A DNA stretch of 64,000 nt, taken from positions 1 to 64,000 of the forward strand of contig CBFFRP010000440.1 of NCBI GenBank assembly GCA_965644295.1, written 5' to 3'. The notes under the pieces were generated by a model, which saw only the letters and a program-made list of their open reading frames with translations, ran no database searches and had not been told where the DNA came from. Shown piece by piece: positions 60,101-64,000 of this stretch; position 1 is the first letter of the stretch, and the number at the start of each line of letters is the position of its first letter. This DNA is from Paraphysomonas bandaiensis. Its lineage: Eukaryota; Protista; Chrysophyceae. The position numbers were made by a program, and so were the translations under genes.

Positions 60101-63100
60101 CTCAGAGCAACAGTACATTTGGCATTGTCGATCGATGTCAACACACCAGCATACAAAACGCCCTCGCGGACAGCATCTCGACCTTTCCACTGGACAAGGC
60201 GCCTCCACCTGTTGCTGGTGCTTATACCTGTGAAGATTCATTTAAACGAATGGTTCCACAAACCACATAACATTACCAGGGGATGAAACAAGTGCCAGAA
60301 GGACGACAATACACTTGCTCTTTCCAGCACTATCATCGTCGTCTTCATTATCCACGTCAACATGACGAATCTGCACTATGCGTGCAGACACCTTCTGTCC
60401 CTTGCGAAGAGAACTAAACGGGTGCAGTTTACTGATGCCTTTCCTAGCGCTGTCTGTAAGTTCCGCAGACATAGAGTTCTCCAAGGACTTCTCCAAATCG
60501 TCACAGCCATCACATGCATCAGTGCAGCACGAAACGTGAATCGATGCCTGAATGTTGACATCTACATGATCAGGGTTCTCGGGAACTACAGTGGTTTCCA
60601 TGCGGTTGACGTTTTGCACCTCCCAGCGCAAAATAGCACCCATGCGAATGCTCTCAACAAATTTCTGACGGGCTACACTGGGCTCCACTGCCTTGGTCAG
60701 GCCCTTCGCTTTCGTAGCTGCAAACTTTTCATGAATCTTAATATCAGATTGCTCCACTTCCTTCTGCAGTTGTGCCGCCTAAAATGAAAATTATTACTAG
60801 CCACTACGACCACCTTACATATAAAAACCTGTTTCCTATGACGGTCACTCTCTTCGGTGTACAGACTGCCAATGGTTACGTGATCATAAGGAGTCGACAT
60901 ATTCGAAGAAAAGAGTTGTTTCGTCAAAACTTTTTCGATACGAACAGGCAGAATTTGTCCAAGGGTATAGCCCGTGGTATCTTTATATGGACAGTTGTAG
61001 TCGGCCACCATAACAAAGCATAAAGTACTCTCGTTGAGTGCAACCACAAGATAACGTTCTTTAACAAGAACGACACTTGTACTCGTGCATATCTCTCCAG
61101 CAGAAAAACATTTCGTTGGTGCGATCACGACACCGCTGCCAACGCCTGACTCAGCCTTCTTTTTCTTCTTTGCTTTCTTGGAATCACGACATTGCGCAGC
61201 ACTCACAAGTGCTTGATCTAAAGTTCCCTCCAACACACTGTGGCTCAGATCGATATCTACGACCACAGCGTCCAAAGAGTCACCTTCACTAACGTTTTGT
61301 GTGTTGTCGGATGTCTTTATAAGCATCATCGTTACGTTATCTGGACACATTAAAACAATTCCATATTCTTTGATAGAGGCTACTGTACAGCTTACGACGT
61401 GGCCAACAGGGTACATTTCCCAAGCAGGAATAGATACCGACGACGTTGAAGCAGCCACCTCGGCAAGAGTCGACTCGTATGATTCCCGTAAAATAGTTGA
61501 CAAATATGTGACCATCCCTGTAGAAGGTGGAACAATAGCTGGCTTTAATGTGACAATCGCTCGGTCACGTGCTAGATCCACACGCTGCACAACACATCGA
61601 ACGGAGTCACCAACAGAGAATAGGCCAACAGGAGTAGCTATGAATTTATCAGCAACATTAGGACGCGGGGCTAGAGCTGTCATCGCATCACGGAATCTAA
61701 CAAGTATACCATACGCCTCAACCTTCCACACATAGCCTACTACAATCTGTCCAGGTGACAAATCGCTAATGCGTGACGGGATAGAGACTGCTTCCACGTC
61801 ACGAGAGGAAAAGTTGGCTGATGCACTATTCTTTACACCTGCAGCAGCACGAAACAGCGGCTTCATCGAAATAGTTATCGTTCCCCCTTTCCCAGTAGAA
61901 CTCAACACAACGGCATTTTCGATTCGCGAACCATTTGCAAAAGCACTAGCACTGCAGTAGAACTGACTGTATTGGGCAATATCACAAGTGTGGTCTTTGT
62001 GGAGGATTCCCAAGCGGCCATCATCTAGTCTGACCTGAAAGATACCATCCTCTTGTTTAATTACAATTCCTGATACTAGTTCCAATGTAACATCATTGCT
62101 TATTGATTCCTCAGCAGTTGATTCCTGCATGGCACCGTTTTTATCAGCTTCCGTTTCCTTGTCACTTATTGCTCGAATGATAGAAGACGTGTCACCAATG
62201 TCCAGGCCAAGCAGCAATTTAGCCTTCGCATTAGATTTCTTTGAAGATGGAGACTTCTTCTGTAAAACTACACACCGAACCACTTGTCCTATTCTATATG
62301 CACCTTCAACGTCTGCATCAAAACATCAAGAGATCATATTTCTATATATTAACCCCCACTACCTGCCACTCCTTGCTTGACAAGTACACTCATTGGAATC
62401 AAACCTTTCACTTTATTAAAAAAGTGGATCTGAAGACCCTCATGAGACATTTTGGAAACAACACCCACGGCGGTTTTACCCTCCACTGCATCTTGGACTG
62501 ATGTTAGAATATTTTCTTCTGACGCTTGCACTAAGCTTTTTTTATTCGTCATGACAATGGCAGAGTCTTTGGCCTCCCATACCCTCATGGTCAGCTTTTG
62601 TTTAGCTTTATACCGCTTCTGAAGTTGAATGGAGTGCCCCGAATCTGTCAAGTGCATGGACGGGCATATCGCACGAACCTTACCACCTAGCTGCACCACT
62701 AGGCCAAAATCTGACACTTTTAACACTTCTACTTCCAATACCTGGCCAACCTCCACCTGTGATGAGTGAACTACGGATCCATCAACAAACTCTGATATTG
62801 TAGATCCTACAGAAATGCCTTCCACTAAATGGTATCCCATTACTCTGACATCCATCTCCTTTCCTACTTTGTAAGTACTTTCCCAATCTCCTCCAGAAGT
62901 CTGCAGAGATGACTTGTGGACAAAAATACCACTCACTGCAGAATCATCGGCGTCACGTTTCGCCTGCATGGCAATCGCCTGAGCCTTTTTATTTTTCTTC
63001 CCAGTCGGAGCTGATTCCTCTTCATCAATATTTTTTGACACGGTCAAAACCACCCCGACTTTGTTGATGACACTTGTGACAGTGTAGGAGGAGAGAACAT

Positions 63101-64000
63101 CCCCTGCACGCAGAAAGTAAACATGTATAAAATAAAGGAGGAAATGAAGCGCACCGAGTGCAGGCAAGTTTCTCGGGGATCTCATCTCTATCACATGGGG
63201 TCGCATGGATAGTCGGACACTTTTACTGCACAAAAACCGGGTGAGACAACTGTTAACCCCAGCGCATAGAGATCTACGCACCTGCCGTGATCTATGAATA
63301 TGATTCTTGCCTGCAATACGTCTCCTTCAGAAAATCTTGACTTCCATTCATCACTGCCGGTGCTAATACGAGGGAGACTCCACATATCAATAGATCCATG
63401 AAATATGCCGAGAAAATTAACAGTCAAGCCATTCTACGAACATACCATTGAATTGAGTAGAATAGATGAAACAATAAGATAACGCACCACTGCAACGTTT
63501 TCCACCACGGCATTGACCATCATACCCGCCTGTAAAGATGTGAATGCTAATTTGCTTCCGCGAGTAATCGCCTCGGAAACAGCTTTGCGATGGGCGCGCA
63601 AAGTGACAGTGTGGGCAGCAAAGTTGACATCTTCCACGATAGTCTCCACTGACTGTCCTATGGAGAGAAATGCAGTCAGCGCAAATAAATGTACAGTGGT
63701 CGTGACATTAAAAGTAACAAACAGCACTTACCAACACCAAGGGTTCCCATTGCATTCGGAACTGCTGTAAAAGGAAGAAAGCAAGTTGTTCCATAAATTC
63801 CGGTTACTATGACGTATCTGGAAGTATGTTAAAAGAATGTAACACAGACTAGATACGGACCCTTTATCCTCCACACTCCCTACGCAACCCTGTATGGGAA
63901 ATCCTGGAAGAAGATGTTGTATATTAAGGCCACGATTGATTGAACTGGAGCGCAAGCTAGCAATAAGTGTCTTCTTCTTCCTATTCGTCTCCTGCTGAGC
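57171..64000 (-). CDS. RRP5: rRNA biogenesis protein Rrp5 (S1 repeats plus HAT/TPR), 5'-partial, multi-exon
   Basis: Many S1 repeats (GRVHRITDFGVFV, VLKVSDFGLVV), an acidic linker and HAT repeats LLWIQYMSFHL..RAIRTIGFREE, SYPKRTDIWNVFVD, KKYLNFE..KARDYV. Confidence 0.95.

Overview
Eukaryotic nuclear DNA with short GT-AG introns and the standard code. The gene set and repeat types suggest a protist, probably a stramenopile (inference only). Housekeeping genes include SEC24, SF3A2, an RPC31/RPC7-like subunit, an ankyrin-SAM protein, WDR18/IPI3, a CRC/tesmin protein, an MLO-like EF-hand protein, an ankyrin-hydrolase and RRP5. They are interspersed with many mobile elements. The main feature is an apparently intact, full-length 9.36-kb non-LTR retrotransposon (3936-13291, minus strand, 13-bp TSD). 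Its single 3016-aa ORF carries an OTU-like cysteine-protease motif and a SET domain in front of APE-RT-RNase H-CCHC. The family has a conserved 3' structured-RNA element with covariation (six recognisable copies). That element is shared with a short non-coding, SINE-like partner whose 5' head partly resembles an HDV-like ribozyme. Other unusual items: SF3A2 carries an N-terminal ubiquitin-like domain ending in GG, there is a long-TIR Tc1/IS630-like relic, a piggyBac relic, a Copia gag fragment joined to a LINE 5' end, and a 2-kb (TATG)n tract. All calls are by eye, with no database searches. Exon boundaries of multi-exon genes are approximate unless stated.
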